Shown here piece by piece: positions 1 through 6,437 of a stretch of 32,000 bases of DNA. How positions within the stretch are numbered: position 1 is the stretch's first letter; each line of letters begins with the position of its first letter. Source of the DNA: Geobacter metallireducens GS-15 (GTDB lineage: Bacteria > Desulfobacterota > Desulfuromonadia > Geobacterales > Geobacteraceae). The notes under the pieces were generated by a model. The model was not told the DNA's origin, did not search any database, and saw nothing but the letters and a program-made list of their open reading frames with translations. A program made the translations under genes and the position numbers. The DNA lies in contig NC_007517.1 of assembly GCF_000012925.1 (NCBI RefSeq), positions 2,940,001 through 2,972,000 of the forward strand, written 5' to 3'.

Positions 1-255
1 GACCTCAGTTCCCTGGATCTGGGAGGGGCAAATTTCCGGGGCGCCAACCTGGAGGGGACGACACTGACGGGGGCCACGTTCAACCGTGCGGATTTCAGGG
101 GAGCAGACCTGACCCGTTCCCGCTACGGTGTGACGACCGTTTATGATTCTTCTTCAAGCAGATTGGTTGAAGATTTCGCGCCGGTCACTTGCGCTGAACT
201 TCAAGATGCTGGAGCGACAATCGATTCGACGACGAAGTGCGTGAAGGGGCATTAA
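1..255 (+). CDS. Pentapeptide-repeat protein, C-terminal fragment (5' end outside window)
   Basis: Frame 1 is open from base 1 to TAA at 253-255. The translation DLSSLDLGGANFRGANLEGTTLTGATFNRADFRGADLTRS consists of consecutive A(D/N)LxG-type pentapeptide units. It is absent from the ORF track because it has no start codon in the window. Confidence 0.6.
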   Translation, partial: DLSSLDLGGANFRGANLEGTTLTGATFNRADFRGADLTRSRYGVTTVYDSSSSRLVEDFAPVTCAELQDAGATIDSTTKCVKGH

Positions 256-345
256 CAGGAGAAATAAGCGACATTTCCTGATTGAGAATGCGGACAAAAT
301 TTGCAAGCGTTAATCGGGTAAGTTCCGGGGAGACAGAGTTGGAGA

Positions 346-509
346 AGCATCTATTGTTGGATGCAGCAATCAAAATGATGGCGAATGAAAGCGTCTAATA
401 TTAGATGCCTGAGGGACTGTCATAAGCATCTATTATTATATGCATCCCGGTATCTACAGTTAGATGCCGGGATATAGTATTAGATGCTTGCATATAATAT
501 TAGATACCA
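346..509. repeat. Iteron-like array of a TAGATGC core in both orientations
   Basis: Forward copies TAGATGC at 402-408, 461-467 and 481-487, plus TAGATAC at 501-507. The last three are spaced exactly 20 bp apart, with extended units such as atagtattagatgct and ataatattagatacc. Inverted copies GCATCTA lie at 347-353 and 426-432 (both inside aagcatctatt), and GTATCTA at 450-456. A 13-bp near-perfect inverted repeat pairs atcccggtatcta (444-456) with tagatgccgggat (461-473). Confidence 0.65.
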
Positions 510-551
510 GTCCTGGCCGGTCAATAACGAGTTAGGCAGAGAACAAACCAT

Positions 552-1100
552 ATGAATCTAGATGATCAAAGAGTAATTGAATTAAGCAAGAATAAAATCT
601 TTCTACTGTTTTTAGGTGCGTGGGTATTTGTCACTATAGGGATTTGGTTGCTCCAAATGGATTCAGCCGAAATAGAATCTTCTCGTCGCTTTAATAGTCC
701 ACTATTTGTTCACGCTATTGGGGTGATGGGAATCTTATTCTTTGGCTTTGTGGGAGTGTCTTGGGCCAATAAACTTTTCCGAAAAGAATCCGGTCTTATC
801 TTGAGTCCAGCAGGGATAGTTGACAATTCCTGTGGATGGTCAGCGGGATTTATTCCATGGTCTGAAATTGTAGGCTTAGACATAATCCAGGTTCAATATC
901 AAAAAATAATTATCATTAAGGTAACCAACCCTAATAAATATATCGAAGATAGAGGCATCGTAAAGCGAGTCTTCAACAGCGCGAATTTAAAGATGTATGG
1001 TAGTCCAATCACATTAACATCGAGCTCTTTGAAAATCAGTTTCAACGACTTGGTCGATGAGTGCCGTGCATATTTTGCAAAGTATGGGGGAAATGCCTAA
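552..1100 (+). CDS. Hypothetical two-TM membrane protein with a soluble C-terminal region (bacterial PH-like / YcxB-like by eye)
   Basis: ATG at 552, 182 aa. Two hydrophobic helices (IFLLFLGAWVFVTIGIWLL and LFVHAIGVMGILFFGFVGVSW) are followed by about 100 soluble residues. Composition is AT-rich, unlike the flanking DNA. No catalytic motif recognised. Confidence 0.6.
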   Translation: MNLDDQRVIELSKNKIFLLFLGAWVFVTIGIWLLQMDSAEIESSRRFNSPLFVHAIGVMGILFFGFVGVSWANKLFRKESGLILSPAGIVDNSCGWSAGFIPWSEIVGLDIIQVQYQKIIIIKVTNPNKYIEDRGIVKRVFNSANLKMYGSPITLTSSSLKISFNDLVDECRAYFAKYGGNA

Positions 1101-1199
1101 CAATCGGCTCCACGGGAATGCTTCGCGTCCCGTAAGCCTCTAGCCGTTGGAGAACCGCAAAGATTTGTTGCTGCAACAAATAAAAACTTGGAGGTGTGT

Positions 1200-1724
1200 A
1201 TGTTTGCAAAAGTCAGAAATGCGTCCATGGTGTTCCTTTGTGCGATGTTTTTAGCTGCATGTAGCTCATCAGGTACATTCACAATGAAGCAAGCGTTGAT
1301 TGAACCGATTAACAATCAAAAAACTGTGTCTATCTGGGTTAAATCCGATAAAGTTCCCGAAAGTGAAAAAGAAGACGCAAAGAAGGCTTGTAGTTCACTT
1401 CAAGAAAAATTGTATGCACGCCTTGTCTCTGAAGGTTTGTTTAAATCTTCAGTCATTTACCCCAATAAAGGGGACTATAGTTTGGAAGTGGACGTACTTG
1501 GCGTGCGATTGGTTTCAAATACTGCACGGTTATGGTTGGGCGTAATGGCAGGCGCAAGCGGGATTGAAACAAACGTTTTGTTACGTGACGAAACAGGCAA
1601 AGTTTTAGCTGAGTTCAATGCAGATGGAAGTTCTGCTACGCACCCAATGTCTTCTGAAAGTGGGTCAGACAATGCTGTTAATGAGCTTGCTACCGAGATT
1701 GCACAAGCTTTAAAACAGAGATAG
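1200..1724 (+). CDS. Hypothetical lipoprotein (possibly DUF4410-like, from memory)
   Basis: The ORF track starts at TTG 1188. ATG 1200 lies 5 nt after GGAGG (1190-1194). The signal peptide ends in the lipobox FLAAC followed by SSSG. 174 aa with no enzymatic motif seen. Confidence 0.65.
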   Translation: MFAKVRNASMVFLCAMFLAACSSSGTFTMKQALIEPINNQKTVSIWVKSDKVPESEKEDAKKACSSLQEKLYARLVSEGLFKSSVIYPNKGDYSLEVDVLGVRLVSNTARLWLGVMAGASGIETNVLLRDETGKVLAEFNADGSSATHPMSSESGSDNAVNELATEIAQALKQR

Positions 1725-1796
1725 TGAAACACCGAAGGGGCTGCCCTTGAAAGCAGAATGATATGAAAATGCGATCCCAACCAAACCCTTGACCCG

Positions 1797-1822
1797 CACC
1801 GGGGCTGAGAAACGCCCCGGTG
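1797..1822. other. GC-rich hairpin between convergent genes (possible terminator lacking a clear U-tract)
   Basis: caccggggc (1797-1805) pairs with gccccggtg (1814-1822) around an 8-nt loop. It lies between the lipoprotein gene (+) and hicB (-). No T-run follows on either strand. Confidence 0.3.
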
Positions 1823-1870
1823 GCCGTTATACTAAGAAAAAAACTCAACGAAAGAGAAAATAAAGACTGC

Positions 1871-2209
1871 TCAGTGGCCGCGAACTGCACACTCTGACAA
1901 GAGTTCAACAACCCAGGCATTGATACTCTTGCCGTGAGCAGCAGCTTGTGCAGCGAGTCGCTGATGCAACGCGGGAGGTACCCGCAAGTTGAACTTTCCG
2001 GAGAAGTGTTTGCGCGGCTCAACCCCTTCTTCGGCGCACATTTCGAGAAAAGCCTTGAGGGATATTTCGCCTTCTTTCCGAAGATCGTCAACAGTACTTG
2101 CGTAGAAGTCTGCACCACCATTGATTCCAACAAACTCTCCCCGGAACATGTTGATTTCCGGGTCATATGAAATGACTGCGTCATAGTCGTTTATGGTCAT
2201 ATTGTTCAT
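1871..2209 (-). CDS. hicB: HicB-family antitoxin
   Basis: 112 aa. N-terminal HicB-like fold region (INDYDAVISYDPEINMFRGEFVGINGGADFYASTVDDL) and a ribbon-helix-helix-like tail (FNLRVPPALHQRLAAQAAAHGKSINAWVVELL). GGAG RBS, and an ATGA stop/start overlap with the upstream toxin gene. Confidence 0.8.
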   Translation of the reverse strand: MNNMTINDYDAVISYDPEINMFRGEFVGINGGADFYASTVDDLRKEGEISLKAFLEMCAEEGVEPRKHFSGKFNLRVPPALHQRLAAQAAAHGKSINAWVVELLSECAVRGH

Positions 2210-2460
2210 GGTTTCACTCCATTCTCTTCAAGCCACTTCCGAATGGAAGCGACTGCTCCTTTGTCCGTGTCCGGCGAAGGATGTGGACGGTGGAATACTC
2301 GTCGATCACCAAATAGACGAACCCCGACGCGGGAACCTTCTCGCTCGGTGATCTCAGCCCCAAGCTCTTTGAAAAGTGCAAGAATATCCGGCCACTGAAC
2401 GTTACCGGGAACCGGGTGAGCAAAGATCGATTCCAGTGTTTTGAGATTTTTTCTTTTCAT
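2206..2460 (-). CDS. hicA: HicA-family toxin (mRNA interferase)
   Basis: MKRKNLKTLESIFAHPVPGNVQWPDILALFKELGAEITEREGSRVGVRLFGDRRVFHRPHPSPDTDKGAVASIRKWLEENGV matches the HicA/YcfA-like pattern as I recall it. I prefer ATG 2460 to the track start at 2475. Toxin-first order is typical for hicAB. Confidence 0.75.
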   Translation of the reverse strand: MKRKNLKTLESIFAHPVPGNVQWPDILALFKELGAEITEREGSRVGVRLFGDRRVFHRPHPSPDTDKGAVASIRKWLEENGVKP

Positions 2461-2465
2461 AAGTT

Positions 2466-2494
2466 TTAGTACCATAAATTAGTACCACAGTCAA
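2466..2494 (-). promoter_or_regulatory. Putative sigma-70 promoter of hicAB with a tandem direct-repeat operator
   Basis: The minus strand reads TTGACT (2494-2489), 17 nt, TACTAA (2471-2466). ATG 2460 begins 6 nt after the -10 element, so the mRNA may be leaderless. The 9-bp direct repeat TGGTACTAA occurs twice (plus-strand TTAGTACCA at 2466-2474 and 2479-2487), overlapping the spacer and -10. Confidence 0.35.
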
Positions 2495-2634
2495 GGATTG
2501 AACGCCTCAAGCAGGTCTCTCTAGACCAATCTCCGCTTCGCTTCGTGGGTCAGCTTTGCACTGTTGGTCGTACCGTGCTGGGCTCCAACCACCTTGCAAA
2601 GAGGGTGAATTGATGTATGGATATATCTAGTAAC

Positions 2635-3987
2635 TGTTGAGTGCCACGACATCATGGACAACTTTTTGTGCCATGACATCGTGGACACTCATCTGAATCA
2701 CCGCAGTTTGTAATCGAATTCCTCGACCTGATTTTTATCCAGGAAGAGTTTCAGTTTCTGTTCTTTGACATCGATAGTCGCCACCACGTATTCAAGCGCT
2801 GTCTCCGGTGGAACCGAGAAGCATTCGCCGAAGATGTTCAGCTTCAGGTCACTGCGGATAAGGCGGACAGCATGATATTTTCCGACTTCTGGCTTCTTCA
2901 GGCGATGCCTGGGAGGTTCATCCTCAGTCGGGAACCTCAGTTGCACATGCGAGGTGGCCAGTGCTTTCAGCGGCGTACTCCCCTTTAGCTTGCTGTAGCG
3001 ATACTTGCTGTTGTGTCGCTGCTCAAAGGTCAGTGAGCCGACTTTCAATTCCTCTTCTGAAGTCATGATGACTTTGCCGAGGAACCGTTGTTGGTACCGG
3101 TCGTTGAACTTTTCGATCATGCCGTTTCTCCATGGTTCAGCCATGGGTATGAACCATGGTTCGACATCGTTATGCAGGCAAAGACGAATCAGTGGTCCCA
3201 TGCCGCGGGGATGTGTCGGGCTGCCGAAGAATGACATGGCATTGTCAACCTGGAGTCGTTCTGGGATGCCTAGTCGTTTCCAGACTTCCCACAAACCGTC
3301 AATGACCATCTGACCAGCTTTGGACCGAGATGAGTGCAACCCGCACCTGACGGTTGCTGTATCGACAACATTCAGGCTGTAGAAGCGAATTGGCCCTGTC
3401 AGATAGCATGGACCAACGAGATCAGCTTGGTGCGTCTGGTTCGGCAACGCTGACGGCAGAACTGGGTAAAGCGTCCCTTTGGCTTCGTATTTGCCGGTGC
3501 GCCGATGTGTCAGTTCATTCCTTGCAAGAATCCGATTGATGGTTCTGGTAGAAGGCAACGGCTTGACACCCAGGTCCTCCAACTCCCACAGGATGGCCTG
3601 TGCACCACAGAACAAGCCCTTGTTGTAGAGATTGAGGCGAACCATTTTGACGATTTCTTCAATCTCTGCCGTTGTACGGTTCGGCATGGATTGTGGGCAT
3701 CGGGATCGCTCGTCACTCCATACAGGGTCATCTCCATTCTGGCGAGCAACCCATTTGTATAGCCAGGAACGAGACTTGCCGAGTGATGTGCAAATTGATT
3801 CCGGGGTTTCGCCGTTTCTGAACCGTTGAACGGCCAACACCCGAAGCTGCTTGTTTTTATCTTCCATGAACACCTCCGAGTTTGATGTGGTGTTCACAGA
3901 ATGCCGTGGCGACTATTCGATTGTCAGAGAACTTTGTCTACGATGTGCTGGCACATTTTTCTGTCCACGATGTCGTGGCACTCAACA
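2635..3987 (-). mobile_element. Intact insertion sequence (rve/DDE transposase, IS481-family-like) with a 6-bp target-site duplication
   Basis: Terminal inverted repeats TGTTGAGTGCCACGACATCATGGACA (2635-2660) and the reverse complement of 3962-3987 (TGTTGAGTGCCACGACATCGTGGACA) differ at one position. Each end carries a second subterminal copy of GTGCCAnnACATCrTrGACA (2668-2687 and 3935-3954). The direct repeat AGTAAC flanks the element at 2629-2634 and 3988-3993. Confidence 0.8.
2698..3867 (-). CDS. DDE transposase (N-terminal HTH plus integrase-core/rve domain)
   Basis: The track ORF begins at GTG 3897. ATG 3867 is preceded by GGAGG with a 5-nt spacing. N-terminal HTH region (RFRNGETPESICTSLGKSRSWLYKWV). 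Core region contains HQADLVGP...VDNAMSFFG...WRNGMIEKFN, typical of rve-type DDE transposases. Confidence 0.9.
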   Translation of the reverse strand: MEDKNKQLRVLAVQRFRNGETPESICTSLGKSRSWLYKWVARQNGDDPVWSDERSRCPQSMPNRTTAEIEEIVKMVRLNLYNKGLFCGAQAILWELEDLGVKPLPSTRTINRILARNELTHRRTGKYEAKGTLYPVLPSALPNQTHQADLVGPCYLTGPIRFYSLNVVDTATVRCGLHSSRSKAGQMVIDGLWEVWKRLGIPERLQVDNAMSFFGSPTHPRGMGPLIRLCLHNDVEPWFIPMAEPWRNGMIEKFNDRYQQRFLGKVIMTSEEELKVGSLTFEQRHNSKYRYSKLKGSTPLKALATSHVQLRFPTEDEPPRHRLKKPEVGKYHAVRLIRSDLKLNIFGECFSVPPETALEYVVATIDVKEQKLKLFLDKNQVEEFDYKLR

Positions 3988-4015
3988 AGTAACCAACAAC
4001 CAGGGAGGGCAAAAC

Positions 4016-4978
4016 ATGAAATCGACGCGTATTAACAGATGGGGAATCTTGGGGCTGTTGCTGGCTCTCGTGCTGCAGGCACCGGGCCTGGCCACGGCGC
4101 AAACCACGTTCGGGCGGATCGTGGTGTTCGGCGACAGCCTGTCCGATCCCGGCAACCTGTTTGCCCTGGAGGGGGGAGCGAACACTCCACCCTACAACAC
4201 CCTGGACCAGCTCCTCATTCCTGACAAGCCCTATGCGAGGGGGGGACACCATTTCAGTAACGGTGCAACCTGGATTGAGCAGCTTTCGCGGCCGTTGGGG
4301 CTCGCCGGGAACACCCGTCCCGCCTTTCTGGGATCGGATACCGAGGCCACCAATTACGCAGTAGGTGGCGCCAGGGCCCATGACGACGGGATCAACGTCA
4401 ACCTCCAGGCCCAGGTGACTGCGTTCCTCAACACTGTCGGCGGCGCTGCCCCGGCCGATGCCCTCTACGTGGTGGAGTTCGGCAGCAACGACATCCGCGA
4501 CGCCCTGGCGGCGGGCGCTGCCGGTGGACCCATCCTTGAAGGCGCCCTTGCCTCCGTCGGCAACAACCTCGGGGCACTCTACGCGGCAGGTGCGCGGAAG
4601 TTCCTGGTATGCAACGCGCCCGACATCTCGCTGACCCCCGCCGTTCTCACCCTTGACAAGCTCTCCCCCGGCGCAGGCCAATTCGCCAGCTTTCTGACGA
4701 TGACCTACAACTCGGGGCTCAACCTTCTTCTGGGGTCGTTGGCAGGGCTTCCCGGCATCGAGATTGTGCGGGTTGATTTCTTCCAGAAACTGCACGAGCT
4801 GGTTGCCACTCCCGCTGCATTCGGTCTGAGCGTGGTGGACAGGGCCTGTGTAATGCCCGACACCCCGCCGTTCGCCTGCCAGTACCCTGATCAGTTCCTG
4901 TTCTGGGATGGGACCCACCCGACCCAGGCGGTCCATGCCATCATGTCGCAAGAGGCGACATCCGCGCTGGCAAACTGA
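4016..4978 (+). CDS. Secreted SGNH/GDSL-family lipase/acylhydrolase
   Basis: GGGAGGG RBS at 4003-4009 and ATG at 4016. Signal peptide MKSTRINRWGILGLLLALVLQAPGLATA. Block I is FGDSLSDPGN, and the C-terminal block is LFWDGTHPT (the DxxH catalytic pair). The track ORF start at 3851 lies inside the IS end and was rejected. Confidence 0.85.
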   Translation: MKSTRINRWGILGLLLALVLQAPGLATAQTTFGRIVVFGDSLSDPGNLFALEGGANTPPYNTLDQLLIPDKPYARGGHHFSNGATWIEQLSRPLGLAGNTRPAFLGSDTEATNYAVGGARAHDDGINVNLQAQVTAFLNTVGGAAPADALYVVEFGSNDIRDALAAGAAGGPILEGALASVGNNLGALYAAGARKFLVCNAPDISLTPAVLTLDKLSPGAGQFASFLTMTYNSGLNLLLGSLAGLPGIEIVRVDFFQKLHELVATPAAFGLSVVDRACVMPDTPPFACQYPDQFLFWDGTHPTQAVHAIMSQEATSALAN

Positions 4979-5013
4979 TCGTCCCGGAACAGACGCAAGA
5001 GAACCAATCACAC

Positions 5014-5049
5014 AAAAAAGGGCGCCGCACACCATGCGACGCCCCTTTT
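5014..5049. terminator. Intrinsic terminator after the lipase gene
   Basis: aaaaaagggcgccg-cacaccatg-cgacgcccctttt forms a 9-bp stem with one mismatch. It is flanked by an A-run and a T-run, so it could act bidirectionally. Confidence 0.5.
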
Positions 5050-5174
5050 CAGATGCAATTCTGCCTATGCAGCGAGGGCTCCGGCTTGTTCGGGACGTCT
5101 GAGGCGCCAACTTTCGTCTTGATCACAGGGAAGCCTTCCAAGTATCCTGACAGGAATTCCCCTCGTCCCATTCC

Positions 5175-5687
5175 ATGAGAAACTCTGCCATGCCGAACAC
5201 CCCTTCTATCACCAACAACGAGGATTTTTCCCTCTGCCGCGCCTGCGGCGGCGAATGCTGCCGGACAAGGCCGGGGATCGAGGCGCCTGCGCGGTTCCTT
5301 GCCGCGGCCAATCCCGCCGAGGAGCTGGCGCGTCTGCTGGCTTCGGGCCTCTGGGTCCTCGACCGCCATTACGGTGTTCCCTACGATCCCGGGAAAGGGG
5401 AGACGGGTGACCCGGACCGAATCATTCTCTACCCCCGGCCAGCCACCCGCCGGGAGCGGGCGGAGGGGACCCTTCTGGTCGTCCCCGGCGCCGGGGAGTG
5501 CGTCCTCCTGGGGGACGAGGGATGCACCCTCCCCTTCGCGGAGCGCCCCCGGGCCTGCCAGGCCCTGGAGCCGGCCTCCGACTTCGCCTGCACCGCCGCC
5601 TGGACCCGTTTCGACGCGGCCCGGGAGTGGCGGCACCACCAGGATACGGTCGAAGGAGCGCTCGCCCTCCTCGACTCCCGTCAGTGA
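5175..5687 (+). CDS. YkgJ-family (UPF0153) Cys-cluster zinc/iron-chelating domain protein
   Basis: N-terminal CRACGGECC cluster plus further Cys residues (GECVLLGDEGC and ACQAL). 170 aa. No clear RBS. Convergent and abutting the stop of the next gene. Confidence 0.65.
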   Translation: MRNSAMPNTPSITNNEDFSLCRACGGECCRTRPGIEAPARFLAAANPAEELARLLASGLWVLDRHYGVPYDPGKGETGDPDRIILYPRPATRRERAEGTLLVVPGAGECVLLGDEGCTLPFAERPRACQALEPASDFACTAAWTRFDAAREWRHHQDTVEGALALLDSRQ

Positions 5688-6422
5688 TTATCCCTTTATT
5701 TTATTCAGAATGCGCAGCAGGCCATCAAGGATGGTAGCCGGATGGGGTGGGCAACCGGGGATGTACAGATCAACGGGAACAATGCTGTCCACGCCATTGC
5801 AGACCTGGGGGGTGTCGATGTAAGGTCCGCCGTTGATGGCGCAGGCGCCGCAGGCGACAACGATCTTCGGGTCAGGAATCGCCTCATAGGTGGTCAGAAG
5901 TGCCTTGGCCATGTGTTCGGTAACCGGACCGGTTACCCACAGGCCATCCGCGTGGCGCGGCGACGCCACGAACTGGATCCCGAACCGGCCGAGATCCCAG
6001 CCGATGGTCGAAAGGACATTGGTATCGGCTTCGCAGGCGTTACACCCGCCGGCGCTGACCTCCCGGAATTTAAGGGAGCGCCCGAACAGACGCCGCAGGT
6101 CGGGAGGGAGCGGCCGGGCGTGGTGATGTTCCGATCCGGGATGAACCAGCAGATGGTCACGGTTCGTAACGGCCAGTTGATAGTCCGTGGTAAACTGGAT
6201 GGTCCCTACCGGGCATTCGGCACAGAAAAGACATTTGCCCATGTCGAGACACCCGCCGCTCTCCTTTGAGTAAGCACCGTAGGGGCACGTGGCCTCGGAA
6301 GCCTCGTTTGCCGGGCTGACAAGCGGATAGCCGCGGAACCGCTCAGGCATCTGCAGCGGCGCAGCGGGATAGGGGGTGGTGCGATGGCCCTGCTTGATTC
6401 GGGAAGCGATTGCTCGGAACAT
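5688..6422 (-). CDS. Small subunit of the Ehr/group-4-hydrogenase-like complex: ferredoxin-like N-terminus fused to a NuoB/HycG-like domain
   Basis: GGAGGA RBS. N-terminal Cys motifs CPYGA and CLDMGKCLFCAECPVG. The C-terminal NuoB-like cluster ligands are GGCNACE, VVACGACAINGG and IPGCPPHP. Confidence 0.85.
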   Translation of the reverse strand: MFRAIASRIKQGHRTTPYPAAPLQMPERFRGYPLVSPANEASEATCPYGAYSKESGGCLDMGKCLFCAECPVGTIQFTTDYQLAVTNRDHLLVHPGSEHHHARPLPPDLRRLFGRSLKFREVSAGGCNACEADTNVLSTIGWDLGRFGIQFVASPRHADGLWVTGPVTEHMAKALLTTYEAIPDPKIVVACGACAINGGPYIDTPQVCNGVDSIVPVDLYIPGCPPHPATILDGLLRILNKIKG

Positions 6423-6437
6423 GTAACGTTATCCTCC

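Noticed and set aside
185-373. 62-aa minus-strand ORF next to the repeat array (considered as a possible repeat-binding regulator)
   Set aside because: It overlaps the 3' end of the pentapeptide gene by about 70 nt, and no RBS or convincing HTH was seen. It cannot be supported from sequence alone.
346-509. TAGATGC array considered as a CRISPR array
   Set aside because: The repeat units are only 7-15 bp, spaced 20 bp apart and in mixed orientation. There are no 25-40-bp repeats with unique spacers and no cas genes.
2495-2634. Possible gene or tRNA remnant between hicA and the IS left end
   Set aside because: Only short ORFs are present, and no tRNA-like arms or recognisable protein fragment could be supported by eye.
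3851-4015. Upstream extension of the lipase ORF
   Set aside because: It would start inside the IS terminal repeat. ATG 4016 has a strong RBS and is directly followed by a signal peptide.
3938-5110. 390-aa ORF on the minus strand
   Set aside because: It is entirely antisense to the well-supported GDSL lipase gene. The translation is Arg/Gly/Pro-rich with no motifs or RBS, a typical shadow ORF in high-GC DNA.
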